NCBI GenBank assembly: GCA_016929445.1
Contig: JAFGIU010000057.1
Coordinates: 3,867-67,866 of the forward strand
Length of the DNA: 64,000 nt
Direction of reading: 5' to 3'
DNA from: Candidatus Omnitrophota bacterium
Lineage (GTDB): Bacteria > Omnitrophota > Gorgyraeia > JAFGIU01
Shown: positions 1 to 9,848 of the stretch, piece after piece
How the letters are laid out: every line of letters starts with the position of its first letter
Position numbering within the stretch: position 1 is the first letter of the stretch
The notes under the pieces: model-generated
The model's input: the letters and a program-made list of their open reading frames with translations, nothing else
Databases searched by the model: none
Told to the model about the DNA's origin: nothing
Made by a program: the position numbers and the translations under genes

Positions 1-3000
1 CACAGAAGCAAAGCCCTCCCCGATCAGTTGCCCCTGAGAATCCAAAACCCCGATTCGAACCGGACCGTAAGGCGCAAGTTCGGGAACCGGAATCCGGCCC
101 TCGAACTGCATCCCGGGCAAAGCACCCGTAAGCGCGATGTCCGCGCGCCGTCCGTCTGAGAAGGTCACAAAGGCGGAAGGCATCGTGTTAAGTGAGCGCT
201 CCGCAAATAAACTCACTTGAGCTTCAAGCCCCGGCACCATGGGATCGGGATTTACGCGCGCGGAGAAATGCATCATCTCGCCGTACTGCATGATCTGATT
301 TACGAGACCGTAGGGCCTCTCGGTGCGCGTCGGCCGCTCCGGGTTGACGATCCACATGGCAGGGCCCGGCATCCAGTGGCTGGGTATCCTGACCCCGGCG
401 CTGAAGAAACGCCCGCTGCCGGAAACCGGCACTTCCAAGCGCTGCCCCTGCGACTCCAGGACCAAACGCGGCATTCTTTCAACCGCTCGCGGAGCTTCCA
501 ACTGGATTTGGACTTCCCCGCCGATCAAACCCGGATCCGGCATCGCAGTGACCATAAAGAAGGCGCCGCCCATCCCATAAGTCCCCAGCGGATCAATCTG
601 ATAGGTGAAGCTTTGGTATTGATTCTTGGAGCTTATCTCCAATAGAGCCGGGCCCACGGGAGTTGTCACATCCGTTTGATAGAAGGCTTCAAATAATTGA
701 TCCTGGCCCGAGACCGGCAGCAGGACATTCATCCCGCCTTCCAAACGCAGCATCATTGCCGGAGGCTCCCGAAGAGCGCGCTGTGTTTCCACCCTAAAGT
801 GAACCGAATCCCCCGGATGCGCGACCGGCGGCTCAGCCAGCAGGCGGAAGAAACCTTGCCCCATGACCTCCGGCTCAGGCAACCGGACCAGAAGCACGAT
901 TTCCTCTGAACTCAAGCCTGCATAGTTACTGGCCTGTACGCGCACCTCCACCACTTCGCCCATGAGACGGAGTTCATCCAGCTCTGCGGCACTGAGAAGT
1001 TTGCGGAACATGAAGCGGCCGCTCGCGTCCGCCGGCAAATCCAGCGGGTTATAGTCAGCGGCCTTCAAACGCACCATGGCTTGGGGTACCGTGATTCCCT
1101 GCAAGATGAATTCCGTTCCTGTCATCTCATAACGTTCGATCACAAGATCCAGCTGATTCAGATTCGCCCGGAGGATTTCAAAGGAAAGCGTCTCAGCTTC
1201 GGACTGTCTGTTTCCGGCCACATCCAACCCATCGCTGACACGGAGAGTGCCCATCCCCGCCGGAATTTCTGCGGATAGAGTCAGCAGTGCATTCAGAAGT
1301 CCATCCGCCAGAGAACCGCTAAGGGCCGGATGCAGCAGCTCTCCACCCGGAAGCTCCACCTCCAGCTTGGGCAACTCGGAAAGACTCTCACTGGCCTGGA
1401 CCAGGATCGAAAAGCTTCCCCCCGCCTCAGGAGAAGGAGGATCCAATTGAGCGGCAAAGCTAGGCGGCACCAAGTCGGTGGCATTGATCAAGAACGATGC
1501 GGGGCCGAGGATTTCCTGGCCCTCATTTCCGGCTTCATCCCTTCCGCTAATCCGCAGCTCTGCAGTTCCCGCAGGAGCATCTGCCGGTAAGTCCAGCGTT
1601 GCGTAAAACACGGAACCCGAGCCCTGCAGCGGAATGGACTCCGTCTCCCCGGTGGAAAGAATCACAAGGAGTTCAGGGGTATTGTTTAACGCGTCCGGCA
1701 CCTCTGAATCCGCTCCGTTAAAGGCCTGCACATTAAAATTGAGCGGTGAGCCCACAAGCGCGGGTTGAGGAGAAATCTCGATGTTGAATACCGGCGCGGT
1801 TTGGTCCGGAGGCAAGACTTCCAGCACTTCGGAAAAGGTGACATTGCCCAAACGGTCCTCTGCAGACAACTGCAGCGTGCTCATCCCCAAAGCCAATCTC
1901 AGTTCAAAGGCAGATCCGTTCAGATCGGCATTGATTCCATTGGCCATAACTCGTTTGAGACCTGAGCCTTCATCCGTGGCTGTCCCCGAAACAATCACTT
2001 CATTCTCCCTGTACTCAAGAGGATTTAGCTCCAAAACCGGAGGCGTGGTCTCCAGACCCACAAGGAGAACCTCCGAATCAGTGCCGAAAGGATCCGTTCC
2101 GATGAGCTCCAACGAACGCAGTCCGGTGTCGAGCGACAAAAAGACTTCAAAATTCCCCGCATCGGTCAAATACGTTTCCCGGTTGATGGTGACAAGAAGA
2201 TCCCCATAACTCAAAGGATCGATTGGACTTTCAATACCGGCGGCTTCATTGCCTTCGAGGTCGGTCGCCGAGATTTGAATGGTCTTCGGAGTGAAGTCCC
2301 CCATTACAACCTCCCCAAGGACCCCGACCGTTCCTTCTCCGTAAACAAGTTCCGTCACTTTCACTTTGGGCTGTTCAATCGCTAAAGGCACAATGCGTTG
2401 ATAGGACCCGTTCTCATAGACTTCGGCGGGAACCCCGTTGATCCATAAACCGCCCACACCCACGTCATCAATGAGCTGGCCGGCCACGTGCACTTCCGGG
2501 CTTCCAAAACTCAGAGACTTCGTTTGCAGCAACGGAGGCGAGTTATCCTCCGGAGCGTTCAATTGTTTAGGACCGATTGAAGTCACATTTCCAAAACCGT
2601 CAATCGCCTCAACCGTATAGGACTCAAGACTGCGGTTCACGGCCAAACGCCGCATAAAGGACCCGTCCTCGTTGAGTTGAGCCGGAATATTGTTGACCCG
2701 GACTTCCTTTAAATAGACGTCATCCGAAGCCTGGCCGCTGATCTCCACAGCGCCTTCACTAAACACAGGCTCCGCCAGCTTCAGCTCAGGAGACACTTTG
2801 TCGGTCAAGACACGCAATGCTTGTGTCTGCTTGCCTGACCGGTCAGTGGCCAATACCTCGATTGATTCCCGACTCGAAGAAGCTTGCCCCTCCCAGACAA
2901 AATGACCGTCCTCATCGACTTCAAGGCTCTGCCCGTCAATCTGCAGGCCTTCAAGGGCCAGATCATCCCACACCCAACCTTCCAACTGGATGCGCGCCCC

Positions 3001-6000
3001 CCCCAAGCGCTTAACATTTGAAACAATAAGCTTTGGAGCCCGGTAGTCCACGCGCGCGGGCACTTGCAACGCGGTCTCCGAAGAACGATTTCCGGATGCA
3101 TCTACAGCCACAAAGCTGACAGCCTGATCTTCAAGTTTTCTCGGCAGAGAAAGGAGGAAATCCCCCTGGGTTCCGGCCTGTGCCAAAACCTCGCCATTAA
3201 CCTCCAAACGGGCCTCCGGCTCTGTGCGCCCCTGGATCATCAAGCGGTCTGCTGTTTCCAGTTTTTCAGCCAGTTCTATCTTCGGAGCAATGCGGTCGGA
3301 AACGCGCAATTCCTTTGTGGTAGCCTTGTTGCCGGCAGCATCCACTGCCCGGACACGAATCATCCTCACGCCCTCTTGCAGCGAAAATGCCTTTTCAAAC
3401 TCTCCCCCTTGACCCAAGGCCAGTTGTTCACTATTAACCGTCAGGATGGGCCGCAGATTAACGGCATCTATGGGCACCACAAACTCACTGGAATTACCCA
3501 ACTGGTCAACGGCACTCACTTTAATTCCGCCCTCCAACGCCTTCTTGGCGGTTATAGCCAAATGCGTCTTCAGAGCTCCGCCCTCTCCAAGTTCAACGGG
3601 CTGGCCGTCCACCCGGACTTCCTGGATTCCGCTGGCGTCCTGCACAATGCCCTTGAGAACAATACTCAATTCATCGCTGACACGGCCCTTGACTTCCACT
3701 GTGTCTCCCACGTAATCCAACGGCTGAACATTGATATTCGGAGGAACCATGTCCTCTGTGCGCACATGAGCCACTTGGATGGCCGGTCCCGCGGAATCGA
3801 CAACAGGCAGTTGTTGTTCGTGGCGGTTTTGCCCGGATGCATCCATAGAAACGAGCGTCAACCCTTCCTCAGCCCAGTCCGGATTCCATGCAAGCCTCAT
3901 GCTGAAACGGCCCCCGGCGTCCGCCAGAATCTTTTCCTCCCCGACTTGAAGAGTGGCGCCGGGCGCAGTGCTGCCTGCAAGCCTCAGATTAAGCCCCGCA
4001 ATTTCCAAAGAGGCCCGGGTATCCTCTAACTCCACAGGTTGAATGGCGGATCTCTGAGCGCTCAACCACTCCGCATCCAACGGCATCTGGACCACAGGAC
4101 TGCGATTTCCGCTGGTGTCCGTAGCCCAGACCTTGAGCTGATCCCACGAAGAGCTGACCTTCAGAACAGCCTCGAATTTCCCGTCCTCCCCGGCCTCCGT
4201 GCGATTGCCATTGATCCACACTGCCTCTAAGTCCACCTTGTCAAAGGCCAAACCGCTGAGCTTCACTTGGTCTCCTGCATAATCCAAGTCGCCCACCTGC
4301 AAAGAAGGAGGCGTAGTATCCTTGAGGGCCGATAAGGCTCTCAAACCTTCCCGATATTTCTCCTGAGCCAGAATCGGCAAACCTTGATTAACCAAAGTCT
4401 GCGCCTCTGCTTGCAGGGCAACCTGAGGCCGGACTTCATACCCGGCAGCTTTCTTTTCCTCGAGCAAAGTCTCAAAACGCTTCACAAGCGCCCCTACATG
4501 AGCCGGCATGGACAGCTTGCCCGCTTCATCACTCAAGGCATTCAAGTCCTTGTCCAGCTTCTCCGGCTTCATGGAAAACGCCATTTTCTTAAGAGCTTCA
4601 AAGCGGTTGCGGAGTTCTCCCAGCTCGTATCCGGCCTCGGCCTTGGTATCAAGAGTCTCTCCAAGCAACGCGATTTTGTACTGTGACTCCGCACTCAATT
4701 TTCGCCTTAAATTGGGCAATGCCGCAACGACATCGTCATAGAGCTGTGCAGCAGGTGATTTAAAACCGCGCTCGTTGTAAACGCGGGCCGTCTTGAGTTG
4801 CTCGGCTACCTCAGCCACGTCATAGCCTTCCCCGCCCATTGCTTTGACCTTTTCGGCCAGCGCCTGAAGATCCCCGGATAGCGTTTCCGAAACCTGTGTT
4901 CGCGCCATATTGGAGCGCTCTTGGGCCTCCAAGAGTAGAGACTCCGCGCGGGTGAGCTCGCCCCGATCCGCGTAGAACACGGCTTTGTTCAGAGAAAACT
5001 GCGCCCCGTCTACCAGATAGCCGCGTTGTTCCTTTTCCATCAGGCTCTGGTCGAACTCTTCAAGACGCTTCTTCAGAGAATCGATCTTGTCCAAACCCTG
5101 CTCATCAAGACTGATTGAGGCCACCTGCCTGTTCAAACGCTGCAGATGATCCCTCATCTCATCCAAATCCTTTTGTTTCCATGATTTTTCCGCCTCGTGC
5201 CAGACCGCAACCGCAGCGCGGGTCTTTTCCGTAGGACCTGCCTTGAGCAATGTGTCAAGCTGCGCCTTTGCTCCTGCCAGCTCTTGCCGCGCAGCCAAGA
5301 ACTCGGGAGTGTAACGTTCCTGCAGTCCTGCCATCTCTTGTTCTGCGCTGGCTAACAGCTTCTTCACCTTTTCAGAATAATTCAGACTCGCGGCCAAGAA
5401 GATTTCCTGCAATGCAGAGTTCAGCGAATCGGTGTTATAGCCTTGGAGTCGCTTTTGATCATAAGCTTCCAAAAATGCGTCCAAGCGCTGTACAAGACCC
5501 GGGTGCAATTCCGTAAATCCCTTTCCGGCAAGTTCCCCGGCAGTTGCTTTGCGGCGCAACGGGGCTTCCTCTCCGCCGATGGTCCACACATTGCCGGCCT
5601 TCAGCGCCACACCGTTCTGACCCTCTGCATCCATGTTGTATGTGCTGCCTTCGAGCAAAATATTGCTGGTTGGTTTCCCTTCGCCACCCGCAACAATAGT
5701 CCCCTCGGTTCCTGTAATGCCCACAATCGCAGTAGAGGAGTGAATTTTAAACTCGCTACCCTTTTCTTGGATTTTGCTGACCTTATAGTGCATACTTCCG
5801 AGATCGAGTTTGAGCTCGCGCCGGCTCGTGCCCGATTCCGAATCAAGGGAATCATCCGCTAAGGTCAAAACACTATTTTCTTTAAGAGTGAGAACTGTCT
5901 GATCTGCATACTCCAGCACCGCTCTGGAGTTCATGAGAGTGCGAACCGTCTCGCCCGCCTGCAAGAGGGTTCCGGATTCCAGAGTTTCCCAAGAGCCGCC

Positions 6001-6417
6001 GCTGACTCTGCGCTGGACCCGGCCTGTTGATTCACGCAAAAGGACCTCTCCTGCCTGAAGCGGAGACAGAGCCATAGCGTCAGGCCCTGCGCTCTGCGAA
6101 GCCATCAGTTCTTGCACAAGCAGGTTTTGTCCGGGTTCGACCATGAGCGTGGATCCGGTCCCGGACTTAAGGACCATCATGGACGCAGGGCTCACATCGA
6201 GCCGGTCCTGAGGACCCACCTGCATGCCCACGGCGCCCTGAACCCAGGATTCATCCCCGGATCTCTGGATGCGCACCTGTCCCTGAATGGAATCAATGGT
6301 GAGGTCCTGGTCTGCCGGGTACACGCGTTCCGGCACAAAACCGAAGACCATCGAGAAGCCGAGGCACAGCGCGATCAGCTTCAAAGCGATCTTTCGTTGG
6401 CGGTGATTGTTTTTCAT
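1..6417 (-). CDS. Giant secreted repeat protein (partial; C-terminus lies beyond the left edge). Signal peptide, two FecR-like domains, then many bacterial Ig-like (Big/cadherin-like) repeats. More than 2139 aa fall inside the window.
   Basis: Hand-translated the minus frame starting at ATG 6417 (MKNNHRQRKIALKLIALCLGFSMVFGFVPERVYPADQ...). I checked codons at 1-300, 1921-2160, 3001-3060, 4681-4800, 5401-5460 and 6301-6417 and found no stops. The frame carries no track ORF because it has no stop inside the window. Recurrent motifs such as VSGTATDEGSGLKRVMANGINADL and GQASDD are typical of Ig-like adhesin repeats. The N-terminal G.V.V.R.G..W...G..L..GD pattern is FecR-like. Confidence 0.6.
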   Translation of the reverse strand, partial: MKNNHRQRKIALKLIALCLGFSMVFGFVPERVYPADQDLTIDSIQGQVRIQRSGDESWVQGAVGMQVGPQDRLDVSPASMMVLKSGTGSTLMVEPGQNLLVQELMASQSAGPDAMALSPLQAGEVLLRESTGRVQRRVSGGSWETLESGTLLQAGETVRTLMNSRAVLEYADQTVLTLKENSVLTLADDSLDSESGTSRRELKLDLGSMHYKVSKIQEKGSEFKIHSSTAIVGITGTEGTIVAGGEGKPTSNILLEGSTYNMDAEGQNGVALKAGNVWTIGGEEAPLRRKATAGELAGKGFTELHPGLVQRLDAFLEAYDQKRLQGYNTDSLNSALQEIFLAASLNYSEKVKKLLASAEQEMAGLQERYTPEFLAARQELAGAKAQLDTLLKAGPTEKTRAAVAVWHEAEKSWKQKDLDEMRDHLQRLNRQVASISLDEQGLDKIDSLKKRLEEFDQSLMEKEQRGYLVDGAQFSLNKAVFYADRGELTRAESLLLEAQERSNMARTQVSETLSGDLQALAEKVKAMGGEGYDVAEVAEQLKTARVYNERGFKSPAAQLYDDVVAALPNLRRKLSAESQYKIALLGETLDTKAEAGYELGELRNRFEALKKMAFSMKPEKLDKDLNALSDEAGKLSMPAHVGALVKRFETLLEEKKAAGYEVRPQVALQAEAQTLVNQGLPILAQEKYREGLRALSALKDTTPPSLQVGDLDYAGDQVKLSGLAFDKVDLEAVWINGNRTEAGEDGKFEAVLKVSSSWDQLKVWATDTSGNRSPVVQMPLDAEWLSAQRSAIQPVELEDTRASLEIAGLNLRLAGSTAPGATLQVGEEKILADAGGRFSMRLAWNPDWAEEGLTLVSMDASGQNRHEQQLPVVDSAGPAIQVAHVRTEDMVPPNINVQPLDYVGDTVEVKGRVSDELSIVLKGIVQDASGIQEVRVDGQPVELGEGGALKTHLAITAKKALEGGIKVSAVDQLGNSSEFVVPIDAVNLRPILTVNSEQLALGQGGEFEKAFSLQEGVRMIRVRAVDAAGNKATTKELRVSDRIAPKIELAEKLETADRLMIQGRTEPEARLEVNGEVLAQAGTQGDFLLSLPRKLEDQAVSFVAVDASGNRSSETALQVPARVDYRAPKLIVSNVKRLGGARIQLEGWVWDDLALEGLQIDGQSLEVDEDGHFVWEGQASSSRESIEVLATDRSGKQTQALRVLTDKVSPELKLAEPVFSEGAVEISGQASDDVYLKEVRVNNIPAQLNEDGSFMRRLAVNRSLESYTVEAIDGFGNVTSIGPKQLNAPEDNSPPLLQTKSLSFGSPEVHVAGQLIDDVGVGGLWINGVPAEVYENGSYQRIVPLAIEQPKVKVTELVYGEGTVGVLGEVVMGDFTPKTIQISATDLEGNEAAGIESPIDPLSYGDLLVTINRETYLTDAGNFEVFLSLDTGLRSLELIGTDPFGTDSEVLLVGLETTPPVLELNPLEYRENEVIVSGTATDEGSGLKRVMANGINADLNGSAFELRLALGMSTLQLSAEDRLGNVTFSEVLEVLPPDQTAPVFNIEISPQPALVGSPLNFNVQAFNGADSEVPDALNNTPELLVILSTGETESIPLQGSGSVFYATLDLPADAPAGTAELRISGRDEAGNEGQEILGPASFLINATDLVPPSFAAQLDPPSPEAGGSFSILVQASESLSELPKLEVELPGGELLHPALSGSLADGLLNALLTLSAEIPAGMGTLRVSDGLDVAGNRQSEAETLSFEILRANLNQLDLVIERYEMTGTEFILQGITVPQAMVRLKAADYNPLDLPADASGRFMFRKLLSAAELDELRLMGEVVEVRVQASNYAGLSSEEIVLLVRLPEPEVMGQGFFRLLAEPPVAHPGDSVHFRVETQRALREPPAMMLRLEGGMNVLLPVSGQDQLFEAFYQTDVTTPVGPALLEISSKNQYQSFTYQIDPLGTYGMGGAFFMVTAMPDPGLIGGEVQIQLEAPRAVERMPRLVLESQGQRLEVPVSGSGRFFSAGVRIPSHWMPGPAMWIVNPERPTRTERPYGLVNQIMQYGEMMHFSARVNPDPMVPGLEAQVSLFAERSLNTMPSAFVTFSDGRRADIALTGALPGMQFEGRIPVPELAPYGPVRIGVLDSQGQLIGEGFASV

Positions 6418-6433
6418 TGCGGCTCACTCCAAA

Positions 6434-6466
6434 AAAAGTCCCGCACCTGTTCGGGTGCGGGACGTG
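6434..6466 (-). terminator. Terminator or attenuator-like hairpin in the 5' leader of the giant gene. On the minus strand it reads GTCCCGCACCCGAACAGGTGCGGGAC followed by TTTTTTT.
   Basis: The stem is a perfect 10-bp GC-rich pair (gtcccgcacc / ggtgcgggac) followed by a 7-U run. The RBS GGAGTGAG and ATG 6417 follow immediately, leaving no room for a promoter between the hairpin and the start codon. Confidence 0.4.
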
Positions 6467-6907
6467 CGCGATTGCGGTCCGAAGACCATCCAAGAATTCC
6501 AATCCTTGGCAGCCCAGCGCCCCCTCTCTCCCCCGGAAAGTCGGGTCTGTGGCTTTGCGTCCCACCCTTAGCGAAGTGGTTTGCCTTTGACAAGATTTGA
6601 TTCTTACCTTCAAAGAACAGATTGAGGACTATGTGTCCTCTGCTATTAGAGCAACTCTGATGCCAACTTAAAAAAAGCTACCTATGTTTCGAAGGCAACT
6701 TACACTAACCCATTTAATATAAAAGGGTTACAAAATTTGTCTTGGGATACGCAAATTCGGCCTTCAGCGGCTCCCCCTGAGATCCTGAGCCACTCATAGC
6801 TCCGTTTTGGAGCCCTGCTTGATACTTCTTTTTGTAACTTATTTATTGATAGAGTGTTACAGTTTGTTTCCATTTGGCAACACTTGGCTCCGTTCCGGAA
6901 CCAATCC

Positions 6908-7141
6908 CTAGGCAACCCGGTGCCGGTTCATTCCCTCTTCGAGCCACGCATCCAGCAAATCTTTGCGGAAACGCCATTGGCCACGCAACTTGACGGCCGG
7001 GATATCGGTTTCTTTCAGGAGCCGGTAGATGGTGACCTCATGAACCCCGCAATATCTTGCAACGTCTTTCAGTGTCATCATTTCCGGTCGGGAGTTCTGC
7101 TGGTTTTCTCCCTCGGCAGGGCCATAAATCCGACGAATCAT
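6908..7141 (-). CDS. Small helix-turn-helix DNA-binding protein of the excisionase/MerR-like HTH_17 type.
   Basis: The segment MTLKDVARYCGVHEVTIYRLLKETDIPAVKLRGQWRFRKDLLDAWLEEG matches the excisionase-family HTH signature. The track start at 7144 is GTG. An ATG at 7141 is preceded by the SD sequence AAGGGGG. Confidence 0.55.
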   Translation of the reverse strand: MIRRIYGPAEGENQQNSRPEMMTLKDVARYCGVHEVTIYRLLKETDIPAVKLRGQWRFRKDLLDAWLEEGMNRHRVA

Positions 7142-7262
7142 CACACCATGCCCCCTTTTATTAAGATAGCTTTTCAGGCAAAAGGTATCATAAATGAGCA
7201 GAAAATCAAGCTAATGCAGATCAATGAGGTACTTTAGGAAGAGTTGTCGCAAGGAGGACAAA

Positions 7263-7281
7263 GCTGATCAAGGCTGATCAA
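7263..7281. repeat. Tandem direct repeat GCTGATCAA(G)GCTGATCAA, two TGATCA palindromes about 120 nt upstream of the HTH gene. Candidate operator.
   Basis: Read directly at 7262-7281: agctgatcaa ggctgatcaa. Confidence 0.3.
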
Positions 7282-7438
7282 AAGAGGCCAAATGCCCAAA
7301 GGCAATGCGCCGCCTGCGCAGGAGAAGGCTCAAGGCCGTCAATTCCGGCTGTCTGGCCTCCCCGGCCTTTGGGCCTATGATTGGATCCACACCCAAAGCA
7401 CCCAACACCGAACGCTGTCGCTCGAGCAGCCGGTCTGA

Positions 7439-8947
7439 TCAAGAGTCCGCTTCCGGCCCGCGAAGACCGTAGGCCTCGATCTTCCGGTCCAATCGATTTC
7501 TGGAAACCTGCAGAATTGTCGCCGTCTTGCGCTTGTTCCAACCTGTGGACCGCAACACACGCTCGATATGCCTTCGCTCCATATCCGCCATGGTTTCGCT
7601 CGTCTCCGTGCCCCGGAGCTGCTGCAGCGTATGCGGCAAATCTTTAAGGGTCAGCCGAGGGCCGCTTCCGAGGACCACCGCATGTTCGATGGCATTCCGC
7701 AGCTCCCGGATATTCCCGGGCCAAGAATAGTGCTCCAGCACCCGCACCGCCTCCTCCTCAATGCCCGAAAATGTCTTGCCTACTTCCCCTCCAAACCGTT
7801 GCAAATAATAGGTTACTAACTCCTGGATATCTACCGGCCGCTGCCGCAAAGGCTCCAGTTGAATCTCCACCACCTTGAGGCGGTAGTAGAGGTCCTCCCG
7901 GAACTTGCCTTGGGCAATCGCCGATTCGAGTTCCTCGTTGGTCGCGGCAATGATCCGGGTATCCACTCTCAATGTCTCGGCACTTCCCACACGCTCAAAT
8001 TCCCGCTCCTGCAAAACGCGCAAAAACTTGACCTGAGTCTCTAAAGACATCACTCCGATTTCGTCCAAGAAAACCGTGCCCCCGTCCGCCAATTCGAAAC
8101 GGCCGATACGCTTGCGGTCTGCTCCGGTAAAAGCACCCTTTTCATGACCGAAGAGCTCGCTCTCCAAAAGAGACGCACTCAAGGCGGCACAATTAACACA
8201 GACAAAGGCCTTGGCAGAGCGACGGCTGGTTTGGTGCAAAGCGCGCGCCACCAGTTCCTTGCCGGTGCCGCTCTCCCCCCTGAGAAGAACCGTTGAATCC
8301 GTCGGGCCCACCTTGGCAATCAGATCCCGCAAACCCAGGCTATACGGGCTGCTGCCGACCATCTGGATTTTTTCTTCCAAAGCCTCCCGCAGATAGCGGC
8401 GTTCGCGATCCATGCCTTGCACCAAGATGGCATTTTGAACCGAGACCGCGGCTTGGCTGGAAAAGGCAATCAGCAGATCCAGATCTTCTTGCGTAAACCC
8501 CTCCTCACCTTGGGAATTAACCACTTCGAGCACCCCGAGGATCTTGTCGCGGATTTTTAAGGGAGTGCAGAGAATGGACTCCGTCATAAAGCCCGTGACC
8601 TCGTCCACCTTGGAGTAAAATCGTTTATCCTGCTTTACATCGCTCACCAGCAAGGGCTCCCCGCTCTGGGCCACCCACCCGGCAATGCCCTGGCCCAATT
8701 TGAGCCGGAACCATTCCTTAACCTGTTCCCTCTTCTCCCCCATGGCCACCTTGCAGGTGAGATCCCCTGAGGATTCATCCAAAAGGATGACCGAACCGGC
8801 CTGGGCCCCCACTGCTTTGGTCGCATTATCCAAGATGATTTGCAACAACTCGTCGAGCTGGAGGGTTGAATTCAGTTGAGCGCTGACCTCCAAAAGGGCA
8901 GTCAGGCGTTCGAGCTTTTTCTCGGGTCCGGATGAGCTTGGATTCAT
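7439..8947 (-). CDS. Sigma54-dependent Fis-family transcriptional activator with an N-terminal GAF domain (GAF, AAA+ sigma54-interaction domain, HTH).
   Basis: Motifs [19 protein letters not shown] and [15 protein letters not shown], plus a C-terminal HTH ([13 protein letters not shown]). I placed the start at ATG 8947 ([11 protein letters not shown]), which is preceded by the SD sequence AAGGAA. The track's 9106 start overlaps the upstream gene. Confidence 0.85.
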   Translation of the reverse strand: MNPSSSGPEKKLERLTALLEVSAQLNSTLQLDELLQIILDNATKAVGAQAGSVILLDESSGDLTCKVAMGEKREQVKEWFRLKLGQGIAGWVAQSGEPLLVSDVKQDKRFYSKVDEVTGFMTESILCTPLKIRDKILGVLEVVNSQGEEGFTQEDLDLLIAFSSQAAVSVQNAILVQGMDRERRYLREALEEKIQMVGSSPYSLGLRDLIAKVGPTDSTVLLRGESGTGKELVARALHQTSRRSAKAFVCVNCAALSASLLESELFGHEKGAFTGADRKRIGRFELADGGTVFLDEIGVMSLETQVKFLRVLQEREFERVGSAETLRVDTRIIAATNEELESAIAQGKFREDLYYRLKVVEIQLEPLRQRPVDIQELVTYYLQRFGGEVGKTFSGIEEEAVRVLEHYSWPGNIRELRNAIEHAVVLGSGPRLTLKDLPHTLQQLRGTETSETMADMERRHIERVLRSTGWNKRKTATILQVSRNRLDRKIEAYGLRGPEADS

Positions 8948-8967
8948 GGAAGTTCCTTCTGCCGGCA

Positions 8968-9708
8968 TCAAATCGCGAGCAGCAACATCCACATGGCCAC
9001 ACCGATGCAACCGGCAAACGCTAGATTCAGGCAGTAGTCCACCGAGACCCGGAGCTTGGGGAAAGGCAAGCGCAAAAGCCCGGCAAGGAGAATAAGGTAG
9101 AAACATCGATCCGGATAAAGAAAAGATGTGGTGATGAGTGTTCTCTCAAGAATCCCGAAACGCCGGTTCAGATTCTCCAGGGAGCGGTCTTCTGCGCCCT
9201 CCTGGGCTCGATAGAAGCTTGCTTTAAAGAAACTCAAAAAATACGTTCCTGCAAATAAGGAAAAGACATAGGCCGTAATGATCACCATGGCGTGGTTGTC
9301 CAGGTAGAGCTGCACCAGCCATGAACCTGTATTGGATAGGGTGGGTACTTCAGCAACGGGCAGATACCCAAGCGGAGTCAGAAAAATCACAAAGATGGTG
9401 ACCACATGGATGACCTGGTCCAGGAAGAAACCCCAGAATCCGTTGAGCGGGGCCCATCGCGAGTACACGTTGACTTTGGCCCAGTCCTCAACAGTGTGGG
9501 AAATAAGCACAAAGATCATGGCAGCCCAAAACCACCCGTATCCCCAATAGGGCAGGCCCATCAAACACATGGTAAAGGTCACAATGCCGGCGTGGAGGAT
9601 CGTGCCGCGCAGACTTTGAATCTTGAGGCGGTAAATTGTGCCGGTTTGGAGAGGGAAGTCCCCGATCAGGTGTCCGAGCAGAAGTCGACTAAAAAGAAAC
9701 CACTCCAT
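8968..9708 (-). CDS. Polytopic membrane protein, DUF3307-like (N-terminal LLLGHLIGDFPLQT).
   Basis: A 246-aa ORF with multiple hydrophobic helices. ATG 9708 is preceded by a GGGGG-type SD. Its stop lies 20 nt upstream of the regulator's start. Confidence 0.55.
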   Translation of the reverse strand: MEWFLFSRLLLGHLIGDFPLQTGTIYRLKIQSLRGTILHAGIVTFTMCLMGLPYWGYGWFWAAMIFVLISHTVEDWAKVNVYSRWAPLNGFWGFFLDQVIHVVTIFVIFLTPLGYLPVAEVPTLSNTGSWLVQLYLDNHAMVIITAYVFSLFAGTYFLSFFKASFYRAQEGAEDRSLENLNRRFGILERTLITTSFLYPDRCFYLILLAGLLRLPFPKLRVSVDYCLNLAFAGCIGVAMWMLLLAI

Positions 9709-9752
9709 AGGCCCCCAGGATGGTTTTTATGGCCTTGCCCCCGTTACATAAC

Positions 9753-9776
9753 CCCAACCATACCATACGTTTGGTA
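9753..9776 (-). promoter_or_regulatory. Sigma70-like promoter on the minus strand (TTGACG, 17-nt spacer, TATGGT) upstream of the membrane-protein/regulator pair.
   Basis: The reverse complement of 9753-9776 reads ttgacg tattaccaaacgtatgg tatggt. It sits about 45 nt upstream of ATG 9708. Confidence 0.35.
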
Positions 9777-9848
9777 ATACGTCAACCCAACCCGTTGCAC
9801 TGAGGGAGGGGTGGCGCGGCCGGGGGGGCTCACAGCCCCTGCGCTCGG

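Noticed and set aside
41-60. tRNA T-loop-like motif GGTTCGAATCG (minus strand).
   Set aside because: It lies inside the verified open frame of the giant gene (codons ...VRIGVLDSQ...). No acceptor or anticodon-stem pairing is evident around it.
3064-4029. Long plus-strand ORFs antisense to well-supported minus-strand genes. Examples: 3064..4029 (321 aa), 11218..12258, 14141..14809, 17491..18261, 20910..22064 (384 aa), 22994..24091, 25120..25860, 26779..27333, 51619..52893 (424 aa), 56707..58062 (451 aa).
   Set aside because: In 60% GC DNA the antisense frames of real genes are often open. These ORFs have low-complexity, Arg/Pro/Gly-rich composition and no recognisable domains. Each overlaps a minus-strand gene with clear family signatures.
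6868-6885. Sigma54-like TGGCAA-N4-TTGGC on the plus strand. A similar TGGCAG-N5-TGCA sits at 28618-28632.
   Set aside because: GG-to-GC spacing is one nucleotide short of the required 10, and the orientation points away from any gene.
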